Of a DNA stretch of 64,000 bases, positions 62,856 through 64,000 are shown piece after piece. A program made the position numbers and the translations under genes. The stretch spans positions 62,001-126,000 of IMG/VR virus record IMGVR_UViG_3300042922_001182. One strand, 5' to 3'. The notes under the pieces were generated by a model that had not been told where the DNA came from, searched no databases, and worked only from the letters and a program-made list of their open reading frames with translations. The first letter of the stretch is position 1; each line of letters starts with the position of its first letter.

Positions 62856-64000
62856 TTACTCGTTGAGTCCGAATACCTTGCCGAACTTCCTGGCGAGGGC
62901 GCTGCCGTAGCCGTTCCTGGAACGGCGGGCTATCTCCTCCCTCACTATGGAGTCGCCCAGCGATTCCTGGCCGTGTGTCGATGCTCTCTTGTTGGCCTTG
63001 CCGAGCTGGGCGATCTGGCTGAGCGCCTTGCCGTGACCTTCTGTGGTGAGCGACCCGTCTGCGTTCTTCGTGTACTTCACGAACTTGGGAATGTTCTTAC
63101 CGTAGGCCATGCCGTAGCGGACCATCAGGTACGCGAAGAGCACGTCGTCGTGCTCGCCGCTGCGGTGCTCGATCTTGCCGTTCTTCTTGCGTTCCAGGTT
63201 CTTGATCTCGTTGAAGATGTCCTGGACGCGGACGATCTCGGGTTGGTCGTTGACGATGCCGTACAGCACCTCGTTGATCATCTTCTGGCGCGAGGACTGA
63301 TCCGTGTTGATGCCGTAGGTCCTGTCCTGGACGGGACGGGTGGTCTTGGCCGTCGGGGGCTTGACCTTCTTCTCGGCCTCCTTGGTCTTGAGCTCGTAGT
63401 AGACGTTGCGCTCGAAGTGCGTCTTGAGCAGGTTGTCGATGACGCCCTTGCCGTACGAGTTCCGCTCGATGAACATCACGCAGTTGGGCATGAGCGTCGC
63501 CAGCTCGCACAGAAGCTCTGTCAGCTCGGCGGTGTCGATGGCGCTGCTCTTGAAGTGCCCCATCGGTCGCAGGTCCTCCGGGTCGCAGATGACGATGGAG
63601 CTGGGATCTCGCATCAGGCCACCGGCGACGTCCACGCCGATCAGCCACGGCCTCCTCCAGTCGGTGATCTGCTCCACGAAGTTGAAGACGTAGTTGTCCA
63701 GGAGGTAGAGCTTACCGGCCGTGGTGCGGATAACGCCGTCTGCAATGGCGCTGAGCTGTTCCTCCTGGAAGGGGGAGGTGTTCGAGGCGTAGGTCCACTC
63801 CAGCAGGATCTCGCGCTTGACCATAAACATGTCGTTGTTCAGGTTTCGGCACTGCGTCCTGTACCAGCGCTCGCTGCGCCCGAGCTCCTGGTAGCTGAAC
63901 TTGATGTAGACGAAGTCGTTGGTGGAGATCTTGTCGATGTAGGCCTTGACCCTCTCGTGATCCCACTCGTAGAAGATCTCGTCGAAGGGCACCGCCGCCT
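62856..64000 (-). CDS. Terminase large subunit, C-terminal nuclease part (5' partial)
   Basis: REILLEW, LIGVDVAGG...D.S, FIERNSYG, EH..G.HDD...AY; the frame is open to the window edge. Confidence 0.85.
   Translation of the reverse strand, partial: AAVPFDEIFYEWDHERVKAYIDKISTNDFVYIKFSYQELGRSERWYRTQCRNLNNDMFMVKREILLEWTYASNTSPFQEEQLSAIADGVIRTTAGKLYLLDNYVFNFVEQITDWRRPWLIGVDVAGGLMRDPSSIVICDPEDLRPMGHFKSSAIDTAELTELLCELATLMPNCVMFIERNSYGKGVIDNLLKTHFERNVYYELKTKEAEKKVKPPTAKTTRPVQDRTYGINTDQSSRQKMINEVLYGIVNDQPEIVRVQDIFNEIKNLERKKNGKIEHRSGEHDDVLFAYLMVRYGMAYGKNIPKFVKYTKNADGSLTTEGHGKALSQIAQLGKANKRASTHGQESLGDSIVREEIARRSRNGYGSALARKFGKVFGLNE

Noticed and set aside
1-64000. Amber (TAG) stop-codon reassignment
   Set aside because: Conserved genes are full-length in code 11 and end at TAG followed by new RBS/start signals; no suppressor tRNA is seen.
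1-64000. CRISPR array, integrase, IS elements, group I introns or inteins, chimallin/PhuZ
   Set aside because: No regularly spaced repeats, interrupted core genes or recognisable motifs in this window; they could exist elsewhere in the genome.

Overview
This 64-kb window is a high-GC fragment of a jumbo myophage genome of the AR9/PBS1/phiR1-37-like (phiKZ-related) type. All calls come from reading motifs by eye; no database searches were run. Core genes: four split multisubunit RNA polymerase pieces (probable non-virion beta-N and beta-C, probable virion beta-C and beta'-C), the N-terminal half of a split family-B DNA polymerase, RecA/UvsX, SbcC/Rad50, NAD-dependent ligase, the GyrA C-terminus, HU, an HhH-GPD glycosylase, tRNA-Arg(CCU), and virion genes (terminase, portal, prohead protease, neck, sheath, tube). 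A long plus-strand array of small accessory genes lies at about 31.8-54.3 kb. Three promoter-like motif classes are visible in intergenic DNA: (1) an AR9-type late motif AACA-N6-T(A/G) at 12 loci (13 matches); (2) a CACATATTAT early-type motif; (3) an identical GTTTG-N15-GGGTATRAT element, resembling a SigB/SigF stress promoter, before both non-virion RNAP beta genes. The most interesting candidates are a phage-encoded tandem multi-ubiquitin-like protein (possible decoy of bacterial ubiquitination defence), a MIG-like mismatch glycosylase that could reconcile a uracil-DNA-type promoter with high GC, two RelE-like paralogs (one split across frames), a candidate late sRNA complementary to phage ribosome-binding sites, and a GsiB/LEA-like stress protein.
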